Shown here one piece after another: positions 25,651 through 33,461 of a stretch of DNA of 42,255 bases (positions are counted from its first letter, which is position 1; every line of letters begins with the position of its first letter). The notes below the pieces were generated by a model. The model searched no databases, had not been told where the DNA came from, and saw only the letters and a program-made list of their open reading frames with translations. The stretch comes from Acidimicrobiia bacterium (lineage in GTDB: Bacteria; Actinomycetota; Acidimicrobiia; IMCC26256; Chersky-534). Location: positions 1-42,255 of the forward strand of contig JADGOM010000013.1 of the NCBI GenBank assembly GCA_017882925.1, written 5' to 3'. The position numbers and the translations under genes were made by a program.

Positions 25651-25842
25651 CTAGGAGCGGCCGCCGAGCGGGTCGAACCCGGGCGCGGGCTTCATGACCG
25701 CGACGATCACGAGGCCGATGACTCCGAGCACCAGGCCGAGGATCAGCCCCTCGGTTCCCCGGCCCTTCGCCGCACCGATGCGCCGGCCCACGACGGCGAA
25801 CACGACCGCCAGCAGCACCACCAGGATCACGAACAGGAACAT
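25651..25842 (-). CDS. Small hypothetical membrane protein (63 aa, two predicted TM helices)
   Basis: MFLFVILVVLLAVVFAVVG and GLILGLVLGVIGLVIVAVM. GGAG lies 8 nt upstream of ATG 25842. The rest of the 228-aa track ORF was rejected. Confidence 0.5.
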   Translation of the reverse strand: MFLFVILVVLLAVVFAVVGRRIGAAKGRGTEGLILGLVLGVIGLVIVAVMKPAPGFDPLGGRS

Positions 25843-26030
25843 CGAGCACTCCGGGGTCGAAGGGGCGGGAGGGTTCGCGCCGGACGACGGCGCGACGGCG
25901 GCGACATCCGGGCTTCGCAACGTAGGGGGCCTGCCACCGGAACGCCAGGACCGCGCGATCGTGCGCGACGCGCGCGGCACCGCCGGAGCCCGGGCCCCGG
26001 CGACCACCGCAACCTGCCTCCCCGCGGGCG

Positions 26031-26669
26031 TCAGGCCGAGGCAACGTGCAAGCTGGCGAGCAGCTCCCGCACCCTCCGCTCGATCTCGTCGCGGATGGGC
26101 CGGACCGCGTCGACGCCCTGTCCGGCCGGGTCCTCGAGCTCCCAGTCCTCGTACCGCTTGCCCGGGAACAGCGGACACGCGTCGCCGCATCCCATCGTGA
26201 TGACGACGTCGGCCGCCCGGACGATCTCCTCGGTCCACGGCTTCGGGAACTCGCCGGTGATGTCGATGCCGACCTCGGCCATCGCCGCGATCGCCGCCGG
26301 GTTGACCTCCTTGCCGGGCTCGGATCCGCCGGACCACGCCACCGCGCGGTCACCGGCCAGTTGATTGAACCAGCCGAGCGCCATCTGCGATCGCCCGGCG
26401 TTGTGCACGCAGACGAACAGGACGGTCGGGATGCCGTCGTCGACCTTGCCCTCGACCCGGGCGAGGGCCTTGAGCCGCTGCCGCGCGAACCGCTCGGCGA
26501 GCAGCGGGAGGAAGTTGGTGATGGTGGCGCCTTCGACGATCTGGTCGTAGCTCGAGACGAGGAACCGCTCGATGGTCTCCGCGCCGAACGTCCCTTCGAA
26601 CTCGGTCGCCAACCGTTGGGCTGCAGATCGCAGCGCGAGACTCTCCTGGACGGACAGGGTGCCGGTCAT
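26031..26669 (-). CDS. arsC: Arsenate reductase ArsC, LMW-PTPase type, with an N-terminal extension of about 85 aa
   Basis: P-loop CVHNAGRS (CX5R), ITMGCGDACP and DWELEDP. Last gene of the ars operon. Confidence 0.85.
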   Translation of the reverse strand: MTGTLSVQESLALRSAAQRLATEFEGTFGAETIERFLVSSYDQIVEGATITNFLPLLAERFARQRLKALARVEGKVDDGIPTVLFVCVHNAGRSQMALGWFNQLAGDRAVAWSGGSEPGKEVNPAAIAAMAEVGIDITGEFPKPWTEEIVRAADVVITMGCGDACPLFPGKRYEDWELEDPAGQGVDAVRPIRDEIERRVRELLASLHVASA

Positions 26670-26678
26670 GGTCGCTCC

Positions 26679-27398
26679 TCAGCTCTCGGTGACGTCGTGG
26701 GGCATGATCAGGTCGGCCGCGGGGATGTCGGGATTCAGGTAGTGGCCGAGCGCGACGGCCGCGAGCGCGCCCACGATCTGCGCGGCGATGAACCCGGGGA
26801 CGCTCGACGGCGCGATGCCCGCGAACGTGTTGGTGAGCGAGCGGCCGATGGTGACCGCGGGATTCGCGAAGCTCGTCGACGACGTGAACCAGTACGCCGC
26901 GGCGATGTAGCCGCCGACCGCGAACGCCGCCGCGGACGAGCGCCCGGAGCGCACGACGCCGAGGATGACGAGGATCAGCCCGAACGTGGCGACCACCTCA
27001 CCGAGCAGCACGCCACTCGACGACCGGTGGTGCGTCGAGAGCGTCACCGCGGGCAGGTCGAACATGAGGTTCGCCACCATCGCGCCCACGCACGCGCCGA
27101 TCACCTGCACGACGATGTAGACGCCCGCATCGCGGTTCGTGGTGCCGCCGAGGATCCGGTCGGCCATCGTGACCACGGGATTGAAGTGGGCGCCCGACAC
27201 CGGGCCGAACGCGAGGATCAGCGCGACGAGACCCGCGCCGGTCGCGATGGAGTTCTCGAGCAGCTGGAGCCCGACGTTGTGGGGCGAGAGCCGCTGCGCG
27301 TAGATCCCGGACCCGACGACGATGGCCACGAGGAACGCGGTGCCGACGCCCTCGGCCGTGGCGCGCCGGGTCAGGTCGTGGGTGTGCTGGGTGGCCAC
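26679..27398 (-). CDS. MIP-family channel (aquaglyceroporin-like, probable arsenite channel)
   Basis: Two half-helix motifs HFNPVVT and FANPAVT, six hydrophobic segments. The start is taken at GTG 27398 (7 nt after the arsI/cadI stop). The track start 27461 would overlap the upstream gene by 56 nt. Confidence 0.8.
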   Translation of the reverse strand: MATQHTHDLTRRATAEGVGTAFLVAIVVGSGIYAQRLSPHNVGLQLLENSIATGAGLVALILAFGPVSGAHFNPVVTMADRILGGTTNRDAGVYIVVQVIGACVGAMVANLMFDLPAVTLSTHHRSSSGVLLGEVVATFGLILVILGVVRSGRSSAAAFAVGGYIAAAYWFTSSTSFANPAVTIGRSLTNTFAGIAPSSVPGFIAAQIVGALAAVALGHYLNPDIPAADLIMPHDVTES

Positions 27399-27405
27399 TG
27401 GCGCT

Positions 27406-27861
27406 TCAGCAGCAGCGAGCCGACGATTCGGGCGCGCTCGAGCAGCACATCGCGTCGCCACCGGGCTCGACGGTGCGGAGCTGCCCGGCGGGCATCTCGA
27501 CGTCGGCGAGGACGGTGTAGATCTCCCAGGCCTCGTCGTCGGGCCCGTCGACCCACACCTTGTCCTGGAGCGCGAAGCAACACTCCACCTGGTCTTCGGT
27601 CGCGGTCGTGAGCCCGTCGTCGCTGAGCCGCCGCTGCGCGTCGGCGACGTCCTGGGTGCTGGCGACCTCGACCCCGAGGTGGTTGATCGTGCCCGGGGTG
27701 CCGGTGCCCTCGATCAGCACGAGCTTCAACGGCGGCTCGTCGACCGCGAAGTTGGCGTATCCGGGCCGGAGCTTCGCGGGCTCGGTCCGGAAGAGCTTCG
27801 AGTAGAACGCCACCGCATCGTCGAGGTTCGACACGTTCAGCGCGAGCTGGACCCGGCTCAT
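27406..27861 (-). CDS. ArsI/CadI family glyoxalase-fold metalloenzyme (organoarsenical C-As lyase / cadmium-induced protein family)
   Basis: MSRVQLALNV...FYSKLF...PGYANFA...PPLKLVLIE...NHLGVEV...ECCFALQDKVWV...EAWEIY. Has a vicinal CC pair and a Cys-rich tail MCCSSAPESSARCC. GGAGGA lies 5 nt upstream of ATG 27861. Confidence 0.8.
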   Translation of the reverse strand: MSRVQLALNVSNLDDAVAFYSKLFRTEPAKLRPGYANFAVDEPPLKLVLIEGTGTPGTINHLGVEVASTQDVADAQRRLSDDGLTTATEDQVECCFALQDKVWVDGPDDEAWEIYTVLADVEMPAGQLRTVEPGGDAMCCSSAPESSARCC

Positions 27862-27891
27862 CGGCTTCCTCCGCGTTCGGGCCGGTGTTAC

Positions 27892-27943
27892 ATTGACACC
27901 GGTCGATGCATTGACTCTCGCGAATGTATCGACGGTTGTCAAT
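27892..27943. promoter_or_regulatory. Candidate ArsR operator: 16-bp imperfect inverted repeat attgacaccggtcgat / atcgacggttgtcaat in the arsR-arsI divergent promoter region
   Basis: Arms at 27892..27907 and 27928..27943 match in 14 of 16 positions. A third attgac copy sits at 27910..27915. The region is unusually AT-rich for this window. Confidence 0.5.
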
Positions 27944-27977
27944 TCGCAATGCGCCGCGCGCAATCGGAGGTGGGCTC

Positions 27978-28331
27978 ATGGCTCGGACCAAGTCGATCCC
28001 GCTCGAAGGCGGCGGCTGCTGCCCGTCGGTCCTGGCGGCCCCCGTCACCGAAGCCCAGGCGACCGACCTGGCCCGGCTGTTCGCCGCGCTCGGCGACCCG
28101 GTGCGCCTGCGACTCCTGAGCCTCGTCGCCGACGCGGGCGAGGTCTGCTCCTGCGACCTGCTCGAGTCGCTCGACCGCGCCCAGCCGACGGTCTCGCACC
28201 ACACCAAGGTCCTCGTCGACGCCGGCCTCATCGAGGGCGAGAAGCGCGGGCGCTGGGTGTGGTGGCGGATCGTCCCCGAGCGGGTCGACGAGATGCGCGA
28301 CGCCCTCGCCGGCGCGCACGTGCGGGCCTGA
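27978..28331 (+). CDS. arsR: ArsR/SmtB family metalloregulatory repressor
   Basis: EVCSCDLLE (the ELCVCDL-type As(III) site), PTVSHHTKVL HTH, and an N-terminal GGGCCPS pair. GGAGG lies 7 nt upstream of ATG 27978. Confidence 0.85.
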   Translation: MARTKSIPLEGGGCCPSVLAAPVTEAQATDLARLFAALGDPVRLRLLSLVADAGEVCSCDLLESLDRAQPTVSHHTKVLVDAGLIEGEKRGRWVWWRIVPERVDEMRDALAGAHVRA

Positions 28332-28387
28332 CCGCCTGACGCCTGACCGCCGGACCGTCCCGCTTCCCGGACCGGGGGGTTTCCCGC

Positions 28388-28993
28388 CTACGGGAGGGTC
28401 TCGTTCGTGATGTCGAAGCCCAGGTCGCGGCGTCGCTTCCGGCACGCCAGCTCGTACGTCGCGCTGGGGCCGATCAGGAACACCAGCCGCACCAGGCCCT
28501 CGTCGCTGCTGCTGCGCACCCGGAAGCCGAGGCGGTGGAACACGGAGTGCAGCCGGTGGTCGTGCTCCCAGATGTCGGCCTCGAACACGCCGATGCCGGC
28601 GGCGCGGGACTCGTCGATCAGCTGTTCGAGGAGCGCGGTCCCGATGCCCCGCCCCCGGTGGGCGTCGTCCACCACCACCGCGACCTCGGCGTTGACCTCC
28701 TCGGCCAGGCGGTCGGCCCGGGCGAGGCCCACGATCCGCGGCCCGTCGATCGCCACCACGCTCAGGTGGTCGGAGCCGTCGACCCGGGTGAACCGCCGGG
28801 CGTCGGCGGCGCTCAACGTGGCGCTCGTGCCGAAGTACCGGCGCCCGGCCTGGTCGGCGAGCGCATCGTGAAAGGCGCGCAACGCCCCGGCGTCGCCCGG
28901 CCGTGCCGGCCGCACGAGCAGCGTGGGGCGAGGTGCGCCGGCGTCGTGGGGCCGGACGACCTCCTGCACACTCGATCCGGACGTGAGGTCCAT
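28388..28993 (-). CDS. GNAT family N-acetyltransferase (resembles the acetyltransferase domain of Pat-type protein acetyltransferases)
   Basis: Acetyl-CoA site HRGRGIGTALLE and N-terminal VRPARPGDAGALRAFHDAL. The start is ATG 28993 (or track start 29044, which would bury box A). Confidence 0.7.
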   Translation of the reverse strand: MDLTSGSSVQEVVRPHDAGAPRPTLLVRPARPGDAGALRAFHDALADQAGRRYFGTSATLSAADARRFTRVDGSDHLSVVAIDGPRIVGLARADRLAEEVNAEVAVVVDDAHRGRGIGTALLEQLIDESRAAGIGVFEADIWEHDHRLHSVFHRLGFRVRSSSDEGLVRLVFLIGPSATYELACRKRRRDLGFDITNETLP

Positions 28994-29025
28994 GGGCCCA
29001 GTCTCGGCCTGGTGGAGCACCCGCC

Positions 29026-29045
29026 TTAGGGGCAAAGGTCCCATT
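29026..29045 (-). promoter_or_regulatory. DosR-box-like motif copy A (ttAGGGgcaAAGGTCCCatt), upstream of the GNAT gene
   Basis: Read directly. Lies 33-52 nt upstream of ATG 28993 and shares the core with five other copies. Confidence 0.55.
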
Positions 29046-29087
29046 CAGGCGGTAATAGGCCACGCGGCCCCTTGTCGGCAGTCCGCG

Positions 29088-30677
29088 CTACTCGACCGCC
29101 ACGTCCCGCCGGTTGAAGACCCAGCCCCCGGCCAGCACGCCGAGCGCGCCCACGCCGGCCAGGGCGGCCATCGTCGTGACGTCGGCCGGGACCGCCGGCA
29201 CCGGGGCGAGGTGGCTGAACGGGGAGATGTCGAGCACCCACTGCGGGGCCTGGGCCAGCCCGCCGATGAGCAGGATCGCGTAGCTCAGGGCGACGGCACC
29301 GAAGGCGACGAGGGTGGTCAGCCGGGGCGCGACGCCGAAGGCCAGGGTGGTGAGGCCGAGGAAGAGGACCGCGAGCGGGACGGTGCTCACCGCACCCTTC
29401 ACGCAGTCGACGAGCCCGATCGACTGCCCGCTCAGCCGCACGCCGGCCCACGCCGCGAAGCCACCCGCCACGGTGACCGCGACGAGCACGCCGATCGCGA
29501 CGGCGATGCGGGTGGCGAGCCAGGCGAGCCGCGCCGCCCCGCTCGTGAGGAGCGCGTCGACCCGCCCCGACTCCTCCTGGGTCCGCGCCGCGATGATCTG
29601 GGTGCCCGCGTAGACCGAGACGACGACCGCGATCACGCTGAACGACAGCCCCAGAAATCCCTTGATCGTGGCGACGGACGTGCCCGCGACGTGGGCGAGC
29701 GTCGAGCGGATGTTGTTCGAGTCGGCCACGTACTTCGCAATGTCGGCCGCGATGAAGCCCAGCACGAGCCCCACGACGCCGACCCCCGCGGTCCAGCCGA
29801 CCAGGCCGCCGGCGTTGAGCCGCCAGTCGAGCCCGCGCAGGGAGTGCAGCGGCCGCGGCGGACGGGTCGACCCGGCCGACTCGTAGAACCCGGCGCCCGC
29901 GTCACGCCGGGCGCGCAGCACCCCGGCGAGGCCGAACAGCAGCACGGAGGAAACGACGATCGCGAGCGCGGCGACCACGACGTCGCCGGTCCTCGGGTGC
30001 CCGTAGGCGTCGAGGTGCTCCACCCAGCCGAGCGGGGAGACCCACGCGAGCCACCGGCGATCGGAGCTCGCGTCGGCGATCGCCCGGATCAGGTACGAGG
30101 CCCCGAGGACGATCCCGGCCGAGCTCGCGGCCCGGCGCCGCGACGCCGCGAGCTGGCTGGTGACCGCGGCCAGCGCGCCGAAGAGCGCCGCGCCGGCCGC
30201 GAGCATCCCTCCGTAGGTGAGCGCGCCCGCCCACCCCAGCCCCCCGGCGAGGCACCCGACCGTGGCGCCCGCGCCCACCACGACCGCGGCGCCGACGAAC
30301 ACGAGGATCTGCCGGTCGAGCAGGTCGCGGGGACCGGGGACGCTCGCCATGAGGATCTCGTTGCGGCCCGACTCCTCGTCGCCCCGCATGATCCGCGTGA
30401 CCGCGAGGAGGGCCCAGAGCGCGACGACCGTCGCCACGGTCGAGCCGTAGCGCCAGGCCACGAACCCGCCGGGCGTGCCGATGTTGGTGCCGCGACCGTA
30501 GAGGGCGTCGAGCCCGCGGCTGGAGCCGAGCGTCGCGATGAGTCGGGCCCGATCGGCCGCCAACGGATACGCGGCGCGGTAGGCCTCGGCGCCGGCGAAC
30601 AGCACCACGGCGATCAGCGCCGCCCAGATCAGCGCGCCGCGTCGGAGCAGCCGCACCGCGAGCCGACGCGTGTTCAC
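29088..30677 (-). CDS. ABC-2 type exporter permease (COG3559-like, polyether/polyketide-antibiotic exporter family)
   Basis: 529 aa with about 12 hydrophobic segments. N-terminus LLRRGALIWAALIAV...YRAAYP. The GTG overlaps the ATPase stop (GTGA). Confidence 0.7.
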   Translation of the reverse strand: MNTRRLAVRLLRRGALIWAALIAVVLFAGAEAYRAAYPLAADRARLIATLGSSRGLDALYGRGTNIGTPGGFVAWRYGSTVATVVALWALLAVTRIMRGDEESGRNEILMASVPGPRDLLDRQILVFVGAAVVVGAGATVGCLAGGLGWAGALTYGGMLAAGAALFGALAAVTSQLAASRRRAASSAGIVLGASYLIRAIADASSDRRWLAWVSPLGWVEHLDAYGHPRTGDVVVAALAIVVSSVLLFGLAGVLRARRDAGAGFYESAGSTRPPRPLHSLRGLDWRLNAGGLVGWTAGVGVVGLVLGFIAADIAKYVADSNNIRSTLAHVAGTSVATIKGFLGLSFSVIAVVVSVYAGTQIIAARTQEESGRVDALLTSGAARLAWLATRIAVAIGVLVAVTVAGGFAAWAGVRLSGQSIGLVDCVKGAVSTVPLAVLFLGLTTLAFGVAPRLTTLVAFGAVALSYAILLIGGLAQAPQWVLDISPFSHLAPVPAVPADVTTMAALAGVGALGVLAGGWVFNRRDVAVE

Positions 30678-31624
30678 GACGCGCCGGTCTCCTTCGGCGC
30701 GTCGTCGCGGTAGAACGCGAGGAACAGCTCCTCGAGCGACGGCTCACGGATGTCGATCGAGTGCACCGACTCCCCCGAGAGCGCGTGCAGCAGCGGGGTC
30801 GGCTCGCCCCGCAGTCGGAAGGTGGCGTCGAGGCCGTCGACCGCGAGCTGCTCGACACCCGGCACCGTGCCGAGGTCGGCCACGGGGATCCGCTTGAACG
30901 ACACGTGGACGTCGCGGGTGTTGATCGCCCGGAGGTCCTCGAGCGTCCCCACGTCGACGAGCCGGCCCGACCGGAGGATCGCCACCCGGTCGCAGAGGGC
31001 CTCGACCTCCGACAGGATGTGCGAGGAGATGAAGACGGTCTGCCCCCTCCGGCGCGCGTCCTCGACGCAGTCGCGGAACACCACCTCCATCAACGGGTCG
31101 AGCCCGGTGGTGGGCTCGTCGAGCACGAGCAGGTCGGGATCCATCATGTACGCGGCGATCAGGGCGATCTTCTGGCGATTGCCCTTCGAGTACTCGCGGC
31201 CCCGCTTCGACGGGTCGAACTCGAACCGCTCCGACAGCTCGTCCCGGCGCTTCGCGTCGTAGCCACCCCGCAGCGAGCCGAGCAGGTCGAGCATCTCGGC
31301 GCCGCGCAGCGTGGGCCACGCGTTGAACTCCCCCGGCACGTGCGCGATGTGCGCGAGCGCGCCGCGCCGATCCGTCGCGACGTCGCAGCCGAAGATGCGC
31401 GCGCGGCCCCGGGTCGGGCGCGCGAGCCCGAGCAGCATGCGGATCGCCGTCGTCTTCCCGGCCCCGTTGGGCCCGAGGAAGCCGTAGACATCGCCCGGCG
31501 CGACCGTGATCGACAGGTCGTCGAGCGCCGTGAAGTCACCGAACCGCTTGGTGAGGCCCTCGGTGACGATCGCCGGCGGAGCTCCGGACGCACCAGGGCT
31601 CGCAGCTGACGGGGCGGACGGCAC
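30674..31624 (-). CDS. ABC transporter ATP-binding protein (DrrA/ABC-2 subfamily)
   Basis: Walker A GPNGAGKTT and Walker B LLVLDEPTTGLDP. Has a YSKGNRQK signature variant. Lies 9 nt downstream of the tandem USP gene. Confidence 0.85.
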   Translation of the reverse strand: MPSAPSAASPGASGAPPAIVTEGLTKRFGDFTALDDLSITVAPGDVYGFLGPNGAGKTTAIRMLLGLARPTRGRARIFGCDVATDRRGALAHIAHVPGEFNAWPTLRGAEMLDLLGSLRGGYDAKRRDELSERFEFDPSKRGREYSKGNRQKIALIAAYMMDPDLLVLDEPTTGLDPLMEVVFRDCVEDARRRGQTVFISSHILSEVEALCDRVAILRSGRLVDVGTLEDLRAINTRDVHVSFKRIPVADLGTVPGVEQLAVDGLDATFRLRGEPTPLLHALSGESVHSIDIREPSLEELFLAFYRDDAPKETGAS

Positions 31625-31633
31625 GAGGCGAGG

Positions 31634-32440
31634 CTAGGCCCCGGTTCGCCGGACCGTGAGCACCGGGCAGGGCGCGTTGCCGAGCACGCCCATCGTGACG
31701 CTGCCGACGAAGACGCGCGCCGCTCCCTGCCGTCCGTGCGTCGCCATCACGAACATCGACACCGAGTGCTCCTCCGCGAAGTCGACCAACGCGCCCGGCG
31801 TGTAGTTGCTCCGGATCAACCACGTGCGGGTCTCGACGCCGGTGCCCGCGAGCCGGGCCACGACCGGGGCGAAGAGCTCACGCGGGTTCTCCGCGCTCTC
31901 GACGTCGAGCGGGTGCATCACGGTGGCGATCCAGAGCGGCGCGCCGGCCGCGCGTGCGAACCCGGCCGCGACGTCGACGAGCTCGTCCTCGCCGCTCGAG
32001 CCGTCGTGGCACATGACGACGCGCAGATCCGCCGGGAGCCACGGCGCGCAGCGCCGGCCGACGAGCAGCACCGGCGCGTCGGCGATCTGGACCACCTCTT
32101 CGGCCACGCTGCCGATCAACGCCCAGCGGAAGCCGCTCCGGCCGTGGGTGGTCATGCAGATCATCGAACCCGGGCGGGTGCGGACGAAGGAGTTGATCGC
32201 GACCGCGACGTCGCGCGCCCCCAGCACCACCGACTCCACCGGCACGCCCGAGAGCGTGGCGGCGACGCCCTGGAGGTACTCGAGGGCAGACTCGCGGGCC
32301 TCGAGCCAATCCGTCGTGAGGAGCACGACCTTGCCGCCGAAGCGCGCCGCGAGCGATCCCGCCACCGACACCGCGCGTTCGGCGAGCTTCGACCCGTCGA
32401 GCGGGACGACCAGCTCGGACGGGGTCTCGAAGGCGGTCAA
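31634..32440 (-). CDS. Tandem universal stress protein (two USP domains)
   Basis: Two repeats ending in MTTHGRSGFRWALIGSVAEEVV and MATHGRQGAARVFVGSVTMGVL. The start is tentatively TTG 32440, overlapping the upstream TGA. The rest of the 445-aa track ORF was rejected. Confidence 0.7.
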   Translation of the reverse strand: MTAFETPSELVVPLDGSKLAERAVSVAGSLAARFGGKVVLLTTDWLEARESALEYLQGVAATLSGVPVESVVLGARDVAVAINSFVRTRPGSMICMTTHGRSGFRWALIGSVAEEVVQIADAPVLLVGRRCAPWLPADLRVVMCHDGSSGEDELVDVAAGFARAAGAPLWIATVMHPLDVESAENPRELFAPVVARLAGTGVETRTWLIRSNYTPGALVDFAEEHSVSMFVMATHGRQGAARVFVGSVTMGVLGNAPCPVLTVRRTGA

Positions 32441-32907
32441 TGGACGACCACCACGGGGCAGGCGGCGTGGGCCACGACCTGCTGGCTGACCGAGCCGAGC
32501 AGCAGGCCCTTGAAGCCACCGAGGCCGCGCGAGGCCACGACCATCAGCTCCGCGTGCCCGCTCAGCTCGACGAGCACCTGCGCCGCCGGGCCGCACCGGA
32601 CGTCGGCCAACCAGGGGAACTCCGCCGCGTCGAGCCCGGCCTTCTCGACCGCCGCGTGCAGCACCGCGGTCGCGTTGCGGTGGAAGTCGTGGCTGTTCCA
32701 CGGATCGACGTCGAGCGGGAGGATCGCGAGCGCGGGCGGGTACGTCCAACAGGTCACCATGTGCAGCTCGATCCCCCGGAGGGCGGCTTCCCCCGCGGCC
32801 CACCGGAGCGCGCGCACCGAGTGCTCCGAGCCGTCGATGCCGACGACGATCTTGCGCACCTCGGCCGCCTCGACGTCGGCGACGCCGACCTCGGAAGTCT
32901 CGGTCAC
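32437..32907 (-). CDS. Universal stress protein (single USP domain)
   Basis: IVVGIDGSEHSVRALRWA and VVASRGLGGFKGLLLGSVSQQVVAHAACPVVVV (G-2x-G-9x-GS ATP motif). The GTG overlaps the CBS gene stop (GTGA). Confidence 0.85.
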   Translation of the reverse strand: MTETSEVGVADVEAAEVRKIVVGIDGSEHSVRALRWAAGEAALRGIELHMVTCWTYPPALAILPLDVDPWNSHDFHRNATAVLHAAVEKAGLDAAEFPWLADVRCGPAAQVLVELSGHAELMVVASRGLGGFKGLLLGSVSQQVVAHAACPVVVVH

Positions 32908-33344
32908 GGTTGGGGCTCCAGTTCCTGGGTTGCGGGGCGGCCCGCCGCGACGGCGACCTCACCGGAGACACAACCGCCTCCGTCGACGGCCGTCAAGACC
33001 TCCGCCAGCGACACGGTCCCGATCGGGTCACCCGCGGCGTCCACGACGATGAGCTGCGTGGCCTGCGAACGGAGCATCGCCGCGAGCGCGTCGAAGGCCG
33101 TCGTGGAGGCCACGACCGTCTCGCAGTCGGACGACACCGCGACCATCGCCGACGTGAGCGGCGACCGCCCGAGCGCCGTCGCGGCCACGAGATCGCGTTC
33201 GGTGAGGATCGCGGCACCCGAACCGATGACCACCGCCGTGGCCCCCGTCCGCACCATCGACTGCGCGGCCTCGAGCAGCCGCGTGTCGCGCGGGAGCGCC
33301 ACCACCCGTGCGAGCTCCATGTCCATCACCTGCATCATCTGCAT
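32904..33344 (-). CDS. CBS-domain pair protein (Rv2626c/Hrp1-like architecture)
   Basis: 146 aa with two CBS-like repeats (ILTERDLV, PIGTVSLAEVL). GGAGG lies about 9 nt upstream of ATG 33344. Confidence 0.7.
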   Translation of the reverse strand: MQMMQVMDMELARVVALPRDTRLLEAAQSMVRTGATAVVIGSGAAILTERDLVAATALGRSPLTSAMVAVSSDCETVVASTTAFDALAAMLRSQATQLIVVDAAGDPIGTVSLAEVLTAVDGGGCVSGEVAVAAGRPATQELEPQP

Positions 33345-33399
33345 GACCGGCCCCCTCCCCTCGCCATGGCAACAGCTTGGGCAACGCCGCCCGCGGCCG

Positions 33400-33419
33400 T
33401 CAGGGCCAAAGGTCCCGAG
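33400..33419 (-). promoter_or_regulatory. DosR-box-like motif copy B (tcAGGGccaAAGGTCCCgag), upstream of the CBS-USP-USP-ABC operon
   Basis: Read directly; 56-75 nt upstream of ATG 33344. Confidence 0.6.
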
Positions 33420-33461
33420 CCTTCAGGAAGCCGACACCCGGGAACCGGCTCACCCGTGGCG

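Noticed and set aside
28327-28387. Short direct repeats gcctgac x3 and ccggaccg x2 after arsR
   Set aside because: These are low-complexity GC-rich repeats in a convergent gap. There is no stable hairpin and no similarity to the other motifs, so they are probably insignificant.
28388-28993. GNAT as an arsenic-related ArsN (arsinothricin) acetyltransferase because it neighbours arsR
   Set aside because: It is convergent with arsR, so not co-transcribed. It has its own DosR-like box. Its N-terminal pattern resembles Pat-type protein acetyltransferase domains instead, and nothing specific links it to ArsN.
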